Shown: positions 27,622 through 35,621 of the stretch, in pieces
Layout of the letters: each line of letters opens with the position of its first letter
Position numbering within the stretch: position 1 is the stretch's first letter
NCBI GenBank assembly: GCA_002715405.1
Contig: PAZD01000015.1
Coordinates: 10,233 to 48,238, forward strand
From: Acidimicrobiaceae bacterium
GTDB taxonomy: Bacteria; Actinomycetota; Acidimicrobiia; Acidimicrobiales; UBA8592
DNA: 38,006 bases
Direction of reading: 5' to 3'
Notes under the pieces: generated by a model
What the model saw: only the letters and a program-made list of their open reading frames with translations
Database searches by the model: none
Told to the model about the DNA's origin: nothing
Translations under genes and position numbers: made by a program

Positions 27622-29070
27622 ATGAATCGAGCGAAATACCCTCAACCAGATTCCTATTCAGGAAAAAATATGCCTCAAGAGAACGATCCAAACGATTCAG
27701 CATCATTTCCATACTCTCTCGAAAGAGATAATCAAGAAATTGATAGCGACGCTCTTCCCGAAGAAAACCAAACACTGCATTCAGATTCTGGGGTGACTAC
27801 TAACTGGGACAAGTACATATCTGAAACAAGAGAAATCGACTCTCCTCCGGAACCTCAGAGAGTCTTTGAGGAAAATGAAACTGACATTAATGCAGTTTCC
27901 GATAGGGGCTTAGACACAACAAGTTATTCAGGAAGTCGGTATTTCTTCGCCAGATCAATCCTCATGGTATTTATGGCGGCAGTACTAATTCTTGGAGGAG
28001 TGCTAATTGGGATTTACGGTTGGGTCGAGTCTGATCAATTAGTCATTGAACAAACAGTAGTACCTGCACCTGAAGTAGTAACAAGTGCTCCCGGCCAAGA
28101 TACTGAACCAGAGGTACAAGATACTGCCGCAGCACAAATAGAAACTCCTGAATCTCCTGCGCCTTCCCGAATCGCAGAAACTGATGAACCTGTTACTGCG
28201 GTCGCAGCCGCCGTCTCGCCATCAGTTGTGAGAATTGATACCACTACAGGAACAGGAAGCGGGATTATTCTGGATACTAACGGGCTTGTGGTCACGAATG
28301 CTCATGTTGTTAATGGAGTTCAAACGGTGGATATTCGATTGGCTGATGGAACTAGAGCAGCCGGAACCGTTCTTGGCTCCGACCCCAATGTGGACGTAGC
28401 GATAGTCAGGATAGAAGGTGATGCGATATTGGAAAAAGCTCAATTTGCTTCGTCTGATACGGTGCAAGTCGGTCAGTTGGCAGTAGCGATTGGAAGTCCT
28501 TTCGGGCTGGAACAAAGCGTTACCGCTGGAATTGTTTCAGCTATAAATCGAGCTGTACAGCATGCAAATGTGGTCGATGGAAGTCTCACCGTGGTTGAAA
28601 TGATTCAAACTGACGCACCAATAAATCCAGGGAACTCTGGGGGAGCTTTGGCTGATCGGCAAGGACGCGTTATTGGAATGAACACATCGATCAGAACAGA
28701 TGGGATAGTTGCCGGCAACCTTGGAGTTGGTTTCGCTATTCCAAGTGACACTCTTCTTCTTGTTGCTGACCGGATTGTCAACGGAGAGTCTCTAGACGTA
28801 GGTTTTCTCGGAATCAGTGGTCAGAATCCTGCGCTCGGGCGAGCTGGAGCTCTTATCGTTGATGTTATTGAAGGTAGCCCAGCATGGGAAGGAGGCCTTA
28901 ACCCTGGCGATCTTGTCATATCAGTGGATGGGTCTCCAATCTTGGGCATGTCAGAGCTTGCAGCAAAAATTCGTCTTACTTCGCCAGGGACCCCCGTTGA
29001 GATTGAGGTAATCCGAAATGGAGAGCAGGCTGTCTTTATCGTAGTCTTGGGCACCCTGGGTAGTAACTGA
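27622..29070 (+). CDS. HtrA/DegP-like membrane-anchored serine protease with PDZ domain
   Basis: Acidic disordered N-terminus, one TM helix (ILMVFMAAVLILGGVLIGIYGW), TNAHVV, DVAIV, IQTDAPINPGNSGG, PDZ with GFLGI. Exact start uncertain. Confidence 0.92.
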   Translation: MNRAKYPQPDSYSGKNMPQENDPNDSASFPYSLERDNQEIDSDALPEENQTLHSDSGVTTNWDKYISETREIDSPPEPQRVFEENETDINAVSDRGLDTTSYSGSRYFFARSILMVFMAAVLILGGVLIGIYGWVESDQLVIEQTVVPAPEVVTSAPGQDTEPEVQDTAAAQIETPESPAPSRIAETDEPVTAVAAAVSPSVVRIDTTTGTGSGIILDTNGLVVTNAHVVNGVQTVDIRLADGTRAAGTVLGSDPNVDVAIVRIEGDAILEKAQFASSDTVQVGQLAVAIGSPFGLEQSVTAGIVSAINRAVQHANVVDGSLTVVEMIQTDAPINPGNSGGALADRQGRVIGMNTSIRTDGIVAGNLGVGFAIPSDTLLLVADRIVNGESLDVGFLGISGQNPALGRAGALIVDVIEGSPAWEGGLNPGDLVISVDGSPILGMSELAAKIRLTSPGTPVEIEVIRNGEQAVFIVVLGTLGSN

Positions 29071-29085
29071 TTTACGGGTCTAAAG

Positions 29086-29985
29086 ATGGTAAATTTTTCG
29101 CGCCAGCTAACCAACACCAGAAAAAAGTTTGCCTTGTTCGGTAAGGCATCCCATAGTCGAGGAATTGATGACTCTATTTGGATTGAGATTGAAGAGACCC
29201 TCATAGCGGCAGATGTAGGGGTTAGCGTTTCTTTAAATATTGTCGAGAAACTGAAATTGGAATCGAAAAGCAATGGCGCCAAGTCTCTTCTAGAGCTCAC
29301 CGGGATACTGAAGGAGCAACTAGTTGAAACGCTTTCAGGTTATGACCGGACTTTAGTTAATGACGGTAATCCATCAGTGTGGTTGTTTGTGGGGACAAAC
29401 GGGGTTGGGAAGACAACTTCAATAGGTAAATTAGCGAACAGTATTCACAAAGATGGACATTCAGTCGTTCTAGCTGCCGGTGATACATTTCGTGCAGGAG
29501 CTACGGAACAATTGGGACTTTGGGCCAAACGTGCCGGATCCCAGATCGTGAAAGGAGCGGAGGGGGCAGATCCAAGTTCAGTTATTTTTGATGCTACCGA
29601 GTTTGCGAATGCGCGAGGAATCCCTTTAGTAATTGCAGATACAGCGGGAAGACTTCACACAAAGAAAAATTTGATGGAGGAACTTTCTAAGATTCAACAA
29701 GTAGCAGGGAAAGGGCCGGGGTCCGTTCAAGAGATTTTACTCGTTATTGATTCAACCACTGGACAAAATGGCCTAACCCAAGCCGCCCAATTTGCTGAAG
29801 CTGTCGATGTAACAGGGGTCGTACTGACAAAATTAGATGGATCAGCACGAGGAGGAATAATCTTTGCGATACAGGATCAATTGGGAATTCCGGTGAAGCT
29901 AGTAGGAATTGGTGAAAACCTCGATGATTTGGTTCCATTCGATGCAGAGGCCTTTGTAGATGCTTTATTCGAAACAAAGGCATAG
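29086..29985 (+). CDS. ftsY: Signal recognition particle receptor FtsY (NG domain only)
   Basis: LIAADVG, GTNGVGKTT, DTFRA, DTAGRL, TKLDGSARGG, GIGE. Confidence 0.96.
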   Translation: MVNFSRQLTNTRKKFALFGKASHSRGIDDSIWIEIEETLIAADVGVSVSLNIVEKLKLESKSNGAKSLLELTGILKEQLVETLSGYDRTLVNDGNPSVWLFVGTNGVGKTTSIGKLANSIHKDGHSVVLAAGDTFRAGATEQLGLWAKRAGSQIVKGAEGADPSSVIFDATEFANARGIPLVIADTAGRLHTKKNLMEELSKIQQVAGKGPGSVQEILLVIDSTTGQNGLTQAAQFAEAVDVTGVVLTKLDGSARGGIIFAIQDQLGIPVKLVGIGENLDDLVPFDAEAFVDALFETKA

Positions 29986-30036
29986 AGTGAAGCTGCTGGA
30001 GCCCTGTGTTTGTGAACTAGTTAGTTTGAGGTAACC

Positions 30037-31503
30037 GTGTTCGAAATTTTATCCGACCGCCTGTCAGGAATATTCGGGCGATTAAGAAGCAAAGGGCGAC
30101 TCTCTGAAGGCGATATCGACGAGGTGCTCGGTGAAGTCCGCATTGCGTTGCTTGAAGCAGATGTCAACTTGAATGTTGTTAAAGAGTTCCAGCTGGCAGT
30201 TAAGCAACGATGCCTTGATGCTGGTATTCAGAAAGCACTAAACCCCGCACAACAGGTTGTCAAGAGCGTAAATGATGAGCTTATTAATGTGTTAGGTGGA
30301 GATGCTATGAAATTCTCATATGCAGAAAAACCTCCAACAGTAATCTTGCTGGCCGGGCTTCAAGGTGTCGGGAAGACGACCAGTGCAGCGAAACTTGCCC
30401 GATGGTTTAAATCCCAAGGCAGAAATCCAATACTTGTTGGGGCTGATCTTCAGCGCCCAGCAGCTGTCCAACAGCTTCAAACTCTGGCGCAATCGATAGA
30501 TGTACCAGTTTTTTCTAATACTGGAGATCCGGTTGAAACAGCGAAGGAAGGTGTTCTTGAAGCAGAACATTTGGGCCGAGATGTTGTGATTTGCGATACA
30601 GCAGGCCGCTTGAGTGTTGACGAAGAGATGATGGAGGAAATTCAACGTATTTCGGATTCGATCACTCCGCATTACACGCTTTTCGTGATCGATTCTATGA
30701 CGGGCCAGGACGCAGTAAATGTTGCTGAAGCATTTGACGAGAAACTTGAGCTTGACGCGATGATCCTAACAAAGCTTGATGGTGATGCCAGAGGTGGGGC
30801 AGCACTTTCAGCTAAATCGGTAGTAGGTAAACCCATTGCATTTGTTTCAACTGGAGAAAAGCTTGAAGATTTTGAGCAGTTTCACCCCGATCGGCTTGCT
30901 AACAGAATCCTTGGGATGGGCGATGTCCTTACCTTGATCGAGAAAGCAGAAGAAGCATTCGATAAGGATGAAGCTGAAAAAGCAGCACTAAAGCTTATTG
31001 GTGGCCAGTTCACCTTGGACGACTTTCTTGATCAGATGCAACAATTAAAGAAAATGGGTCCGCTTCAGAATCTTGTTGAGATGATGCCGGATATGCCACA
31101 AGGAGTTGATAGCTCCGATATAGATGACGGGCATTTAATTCGCCTTGAGGCAATAATCCAATCAATGACAGCTGATGAACGAACGGTCCCCGTGATTATT
31201 GACGGTTCGCGACGAAGCAGAATAGCTAAAGGGTCTGGAACAACCGCCCATGAAGTAGGTCAACTTCTAAAACAATTTAAAGAAATAAAAAAGCTGATGA
31301 AAGGCCAAAAAAAGCCGAATAGAAAACAACGTAACAAAAAGAAACAAGGAGGAAAGAGAAAGGGAGGGAGGACCACTCCCAGAATTTCTAAAGACCAAGA
31401 CAGTATTAGTGTGCCAAAGGAAATAGAAGAATTAGTTTCGCAGTCCGATCCCAAGGAATTTGACCTATCAAAATTTGGCACGCTACCGGAACATGATATG
31501 TAG
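30037..31503 (+). CDS. ffh: Signal recognition particle protein Ffh
   Basis: ALLEADV, GLQGVGKTT, DLQRPAA, DTAGRL, TKLDGDARGG, RILGMGD, AIIQSMT..ER, RIAKGSG. Confidence 0.97.
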   Translation: MFEILSDRLSGIFGRLRSKGRLSEGDIDEVLGEVRIALLEADVNLNVVKEFQLAVKQRCLDAGIQKALNPAQQVVKSVNDELINVLGGDAMKFSYAEKPPTVILLAGLQGVGKTTSAAKLARWFKSQGRNPILVGADLQRPAAVQQLQTLAQSIDVPVFSNTGDPVETAKEGVLEAEHLGRDVVICDTAGRLSVDEEMMEEIQRISDSITPHYTLFVIDSMTGQDAVNVAEAFDEKLELDAMILTKLDGDARGGAALSAKSVVGKPIAFVSTGEKLEDFEQFHPDRLANRILGMGDVLTLIEKAEEAFDKDEAEKAALKLIGGQFTLDDFLDQMQQLKKMGPLQNLVEMMPDMPQGVDSSDIDDGHLIRLEAIIQSMTADERTVPVIIDGSRRSRIAKGSGTTAHEVGQLLKQFKEIKKLMKGQKKPNRKQRNKKKQGGKRKGGRTTPRISKDQDSISVPKEIEELVSQSDPKEFDLSKFGTLPEHDM

Positions 31504-31564
31504 AGAAATTTAAGATGTTTGAAGGAAATATCGTAAAGATCATTGAACCCGACATTTTTTTCGG

Positions 31565-31683
31565 CACACTATGAACTGACCGAATTTTTGTTCGGACATG
31601 CCTTATTTGGGATATCCCCAAATATGGTGCTTTCCGAAACATTTAATGATCAAGACATTACGAATTGAGAAAGAAGAAAGAAA
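31565..31683 (+). promoter_or_regulatory. Probable rpsP promoter (-10 CACACT) and structured 5' leader
   Basis: CACACT at 31565-31570; stem TATTTGGG (31604-31611) / CCCAAATA (31617-31624) enclosed by TTCGGA (31591-31596) / TCCGAA (31633-31638). Confidence 0.5.
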
Positions 31684-32046
31684 GTGGCAGTTAAACTTCG
31701 CCTAGTGCGAACGGGAAAAAAGAAGCAGCCGACATATCGTCTTGTTGCTGCCGATAGTCGTTTCCCCCGAAATGGTCGATTCATAGAAATCCTTGGAACG
31801 TATGAACCACGCCATGACCCATCTCGAATAAATATCGACAACGAGCGAGCAGTCCATTGGCTTCGTCATGGGGCTCAGCCAACAGAGACTGTTGAAAAGA
31901 TCTTACGTATTTCAGGCGCTTGGGAAGAGTTCACCGGAAAGCCCCTTGAACCGGTGGTTTACCCAGAGAAGAAGAAAGCGGTTGAAGAGGCGGCTGAAGA
32001 GGAAGCTGAGCCAGAGGCGGCTGAAGATTCGAAAGAGGAAGAGTAA
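31684..32046 (+). CDS. rpsP: 30S ribosomal protein S16 with acidic tail
   Basis: AVKLRLVRTGKKKQPTYRLVAADSRFPRNGRFIEILGTY, GAQPTETV. Confidence 0.98.
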   Translation: MAVKLRLVRTGKKKQPTYRLVAADSRFPRNGRFIEILGTYEPRHDPSRINIDNERAVHWLRHGAQPTETVEKILRISGAWEEFTGKPLEPVVYPEKKKAVEEAAEEEAEPEAAEDSKEEE

Positions 32047-32306
32047 TGGCTGATGGAGTCACAGAAGCCCCACATGCATTGGCAACGCTCGAACATATCG
32101 TTAAATCAGTAGTGGAGAAACCTGACGAAGTTCAAATAGATGTCACCAGCGGCGATGAGGGTGTCTCAATAGCCGTAAAGGTCGGTGACGGCGATATGGG
32201 TCGAGTAATTGGGCGACGTGGAAGGATAGCTAATGCTATTAGAACTGTGGTACAGGCTGCTGCAGTGCGAGACGGTATTTCAGTCGCAGTAGAGTTTGTC
32301 GATTAG
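32046..32306 (+). CDS. khpA: KH-domain RNA-binding protein KhpA
   Basis: DMGRVIGRRGRIANAIRTV (GxxG); located between rpsP and rimM; TAATG coupling. Confidence 0.93.
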   Translation: MADGVTEAPHALATLEHIVKSVVEKPDEVQIDVTSGDEGVSIAVKVGDGDMGRVIGRRGRIANAIRTVVQAAAVRDGISVAVEFVD

Positions 32307-32404
32307 TCAAACGATTAAACCTAAGGGACCAAGACATACCGCAGTTAATCCCTACTAGCTCTAAAAATGGTATTCTTAGGCAATTCAAACCCTAGGTAGA
32401 AATC

Positions 32405-32884
32405 ATGAAGTTGCTTGAAGTTGCGAGAATAGGCAAAGCTCATGGCCTACAAGGTGAACTTTCTGTTCATCTGATTACTAACATTACCGAACGAGTATCA
32501 CCTGGTTCGCTACTTTTCCTAGAAGATGAAAGTGAACTGCTGGTGAAATCTTCAAAACCATATAAACGTAATTACCTCGTTATGTTTGAAGGAGTCAATT
32601 CTCGATCATCCGCAGAAGAACTGGTTGGAGAAATACTGTATGGCGCTCCTATCGATGATGACACCATAATTTGGGCCCACGAGGTTATTGGATCCCGTGT
32701 CCTTGACAAAGATAGAAAGGAAATCGGTGTAGTAGCTGCAGTAGAGCCAAACCCTGCTAGTGACTTATTGGTGTTGGAAGACGGTTCTTTGATTCCTATG
32801 GTCTTTGTAAAGGGTCAAGAAGAAATGATTGTGAATGTAGAGATTCCTTCGGGTTTACTTGAAAGGGGGGATAATGAGAATTGA
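32405..32884 (+). CDS. rimM: Ribosome maturation factor RimM
   Basis: IGKAHGLQGEL, F.GV.SR..AE.L.G, PASDLL, LIPMV. Confidence 0.93.
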   Translation: MKLLEVARIGKAHGLQGELSVHLITNITERVSPGSLLFLEDESELLVKSSKPYKRNYLVMFEGVNSRSSAEELVGEILYGAPIDDDTIIWAHEVIGSRVLDKDRKEIGVVAAVEPNPASDLLVLEDGSLIPMVFVKGQEEMIVNVEIPSGLLERGDNEN

Positions 32885-33617
32885 TGTATTTACGATATTC
32901 CCGACGTTAGTTGATGAGTTCGCTTCCGAGTCACTATTGGGTAAAGCTAGAAACAATGAAAATCTAGATTTAAGGTGTCACGATATCCGGTCATGTGCTG
33001 TTGGGAATCATAAGAGTGTAGACGATGCTCCATTCGGTGGGGGAGCGGGAATGGTTATGAAACCTGAACCTATCTTTGAGATAGTTGAAAGAGTTGATCC
33101 TCCAAGACCACTAATTATGCTGACACCTTTAGGAAAGCAATTTAAACAATCTGATGCAGATGACCTTTCGCAATTAAGCGGTTTTTCTCTTTTGTGCGGA
33201 AGATATGAGGGGATAGATCAACGGGTGGTCGATAATTTAGTAGATCGCCAGATTTCTTTAGGGGACTTCGTGCTTTCTGGAGGAGAGATAGCAGCGATAG
33301 CGATAATAGAAGCAGTAGCTCGACTAATTCCTGGCGTTATGGGAAACGAGGAATCCTCCAAAGATGAATCCTTTTTGCAAGACCTCCTTGAACATCCTCA
33401 ATATACACGGCCGCGTGAATACAAAGGGTATGCGGTTCCTAACGTTCTAGTTTCAGGAGATCATGAATCAATCGCTAGATGGCGAAAAGCGAAGTCACTT
33501 TTAATTACTATGGAGAACCGGCCTGATCTGATTATGAAACGTGGAGGAATCACGGATGAAGAACAGATCCTGCTCCGAGAGTATGCGAATGGTAATTTCA
33601 ATGCCTCTGAGGACTAA
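32874..33617 (+). CDS. trmD: tRNA (m1G37) methyltransferase TrmD
   Basis: MRIDVFTIFP, VDDAPFGGGAGMVM, CGRYEGIDQRV, SLGDFVLSGGE, PQYTRP; start ATG 32874. Confidence 0.97.
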   Translation: MRIDVFTIFPTLVDEFASESLLGKARNNENLDLRCHDIRSCAVGNHKSVDDAPFGGGAGMVMKPEPIFEIVERVDPPRPLIMLTPLGKQFKQSDADDLSQLSGFSLLCGRYEGIDQRVVDNLVDRQISLGDFVLSGGEIAAIAIIEAVARLIPGVMGNEESSKDESFLQDLLEHPQYTRPREYKGYAVPNVLVSGDHESIARWRKAKSLLITMENRPDLIMKRGGITDEEQILLREYANGNFNASED

Positions 33618-33711
33618 TTTATTTCGGAGATTGTTTTCAGTCGAAATACTCCGTATCCTTACAGGGTCTACTAACGACACTCAAAAATAAGAAACAAGAT
33701 TAAATCGACTC

Positions 33712-34056
33712 ATGAAACTCACAGACCAAATTGATAAAGCCAGCATTAGAGACGATATCCCAGCCTTTGCATCAGGCGATACCGTTAAAGTGCATGTTCG
33801 TGTCGTTGAGGGCAACCGTCAGCGAGTGCAAGTATTTGAAGGTGTAGTGATTAGTCGACAGGGTGGTGGAGTTAGCGAAACGTTCACAGTAAGGAAAGTT
33901 TCTTTCGGGGTTGGTGTTGAGCGAACATTTCCAGTGCACTCACCGATACTAGATAAAATCGAACTCGTATCACGCGGTCGAGTAAGGCGTGCAAAGCTTT
34001 ATTACCAGCGGGGCAGAATCGGTAAGCGGGCAAAGATAAAGGAAAAAAGAGATTAG
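33712..34056 (+). CDS. rplS: 50S ribosomal protein L19
   Basis: [49 protein letters not shown]. Confidence 0.98.
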   Translation: MKLTDQIDKASIRDDIPAFASGDTVKVHVRVVEGNRQRVQVFEGVVISRQGGGVSETFTVRKVSFGVGVERTFPVHSPILDKIELVSRGRVRRAKLYYQRGRIGKRAKIKEKRD

Positions 34057-34057
34057 A

Positions 34058-34258
34058 CTACCCTACCGGCGGCCTATTACCCTTATTGTTCCAACAACCT
34101 CGATGCCAATGCCTTCTTAGGTCTGGGGACAAATGAGGAACAGCGACGATATGCCCACTCCCTGAGGGGATATCTCTATTGCATCCCGGACAAATATATT
34201 TCTTTAGGGCTTCATAGGGTTGCACAAATTTAACTTCACACTCATCGTCATTCCACAT
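34058..34258 (-). CDS. Small CxxC...HxxC zinc-finger protein (actinobacterial conserved family)
   Basis: YICPGCNRDI..G..H.V...RRHWHRGCW pattern; convergent with rplS. Confidence 0.75.
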   Translation of the reverse strand: MWNDDECEVKFVQPYEALKKYICPGCNRDIPSGSGHIVAVPHLSPDLRRHWHRGCWNNKGNRPPVG

Positions 34259-34395
34259 TGGAATTCAACCTAACCAAGCCCAGAGAACAAGACCCACGAG
34301 TATTATAAGCCCTACATGGACAAACCAATAATCAAATTTTGACTTACGGTGTCTTCGGGTCGGATTAAAGCCCACTTGTCTAGTATTGTTGTTTC

Positions 34396-35178
34396 ATGGA
34401 AGAAATACAGTTAACCCAAGAGGAAAATATAGCAACGGTCACGATAAACAGGCCTCAAGTTAAGAATGCAGTAACTAGTGATATGTGGGATGAGCTTCAA
34501 CGTGTCTTTACTGAACTTGGATATAGGGATGATGTCCGTGCGGTTATCGTAACGGGAGCTGGAGATGATTTCTGTTCAGGCGCAGATGTCGGAGGTATGG
34601 GTAGTCGAAGCGAAGGTCCACGATTGCATCAGCTTGACGCTATGAGAAAAGTTGGGGACTGCTGTCTTTCCTTATTCAATATGCCAAAAGTGACTATTGC
34701 AAAAGTCTCTGGGGTTGCAGTAGGAGCCGGAATGAACTTGGCATTATCCTGTGACCTTGTTGTCGCTTCTGAGAATGCAAGGTTCAGCGAAATCTTCGCA
34801 CAACGGGGTTTGTCAGTGGACTTCGGAGGTTCGTTTCTACTTCCCAGAATTGTGGGTATGCAGAAAGCAAAAGAGCTAGTTCTATTAGCGGAAGTGATCT
34901 CAGCTTCTAAAGCACATGAGATGGGCCTAACGAACTATGTCGTCCCTCGTGAACAGCTTGATGAGAAAGTCTTAGATCTAGCCACAAGGGCAGCTAGTGG
35001 TCCACCGCGTGCTCTCGCTATGAGTAAAGCAATGTTGAATAAGTCTTTTGCAAACTCAATTCAAGATGCTCTTGATCAAGAGGGAACATCACAAACTGTT
35101 AATTTCACAACAAAGGATGTCTCAGAAGCTATGAAGGCATTCCAAGAGAAACGGTCACCAAGGTTCAAGGGTTGGTAG
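34396..35178 (+). CDS. Crotonase-family enoyl-CoA hydratase/isomerase, PaaG-like subgroup
   Basis: NRPQVKNA, FCSGAD, AVGAGMNLALSCD, F..RGLSVDFGGS, F.EKR.P.F.G. Confidence 0.9.
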   Translation: MEEIQLTQEENIATVTINRPQVKNAVTSDMWDELQRVFTELGYRDDVRAVIVTGAGDDFCSGADVGGMGSRSEGPRLHQLDAMRKVGDCCLSLFNMPKVTIAKVSGVAVGAGMNLALSCDLVVASENARFSEIFAQRGLSVDFGGSFLLPRIVGMQKAKELVLLAEVISASKAHEMGLTNYVVPREQLDEKVLDLATRAASGPPRALAMSKAMLNKSFANSIQDALDQEGTSQTVNFTTKDVSEAMKAFQEKRSPRFKGW

Positions 35179-35549
35179 TAGAATCCAATTTTTTGAAGTT
35201 TAGATTGTGCAGTGTGATCGTGGTCTTAGTTGCCTTGCTCTTTTCTGGGTGCAGCACTTCAGCTACCCCAGAGATTCCAGCAGGGCCTAATGGCGAGATC
35301 GATCCAGAACTAGTAGTCGGAAGAATTGTATGGTCTAAACATTGCTCTAATTGCCACGGAGGCGCAGGTCAAGGGGGAAGGGGGAAACAACTCAACAACG
35401 GCGAGATCTTCAAACTGTACCCGAAGAAAGAAGCTCTGTTTCAAGTGATATATGACGGCAAGGGGCAAAGTATGCCCAGTTTCCAATCCACGCTTTCATC
35501 AAACGAAATCTATGCCGTTTCAAGGTATATTCGCGAAATACTGAACTAG
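35172..35549 (+). CDS. Monoheme class I cytochrome c, probable lipoprotein
   Basis: Hydrophobic signal ending LFSGC (lipobox), CSNCHG heme motif, MPSF axial Met. Start codon uncertain. Confidence 0.85.
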   Translation: MVVESNFLKFRLCSVIVVLVALLFSGCSTSATPEIPAGPNGEIDPELVVGRIVWSKHCSNCHGGAGQGGRGKQLNNGEIFKLYPKKEALFQVIYDGKGQSMPSFQSTLSSNEIYAVSRYIREILN

Positions 35550-35621
35550 GATCAGTATTGAATATTCGAAGAGATTGCTGCCGTGGCACACTCAACACCT
35601 TAAAAAAAGTACCCTTGTCGT

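Noticed and set aside
31580-31595. CCGAATTTTTGTTCGG as a LexA (CGAAC-N4-GTTCG) box
   Set aside because: It has one core mismatch, rpsP is an unlikely SOS target, and I noticed no such box before the repair genes; better explained as part of the leader structure.
31975-32046. GAAGAG/GCGGCTGAAG repeats at the end of rpsP
   Set aside because: They encode the low-complexity Glu/Ala tail typical of actinobacterial S16 and are not a DNA repeat element.
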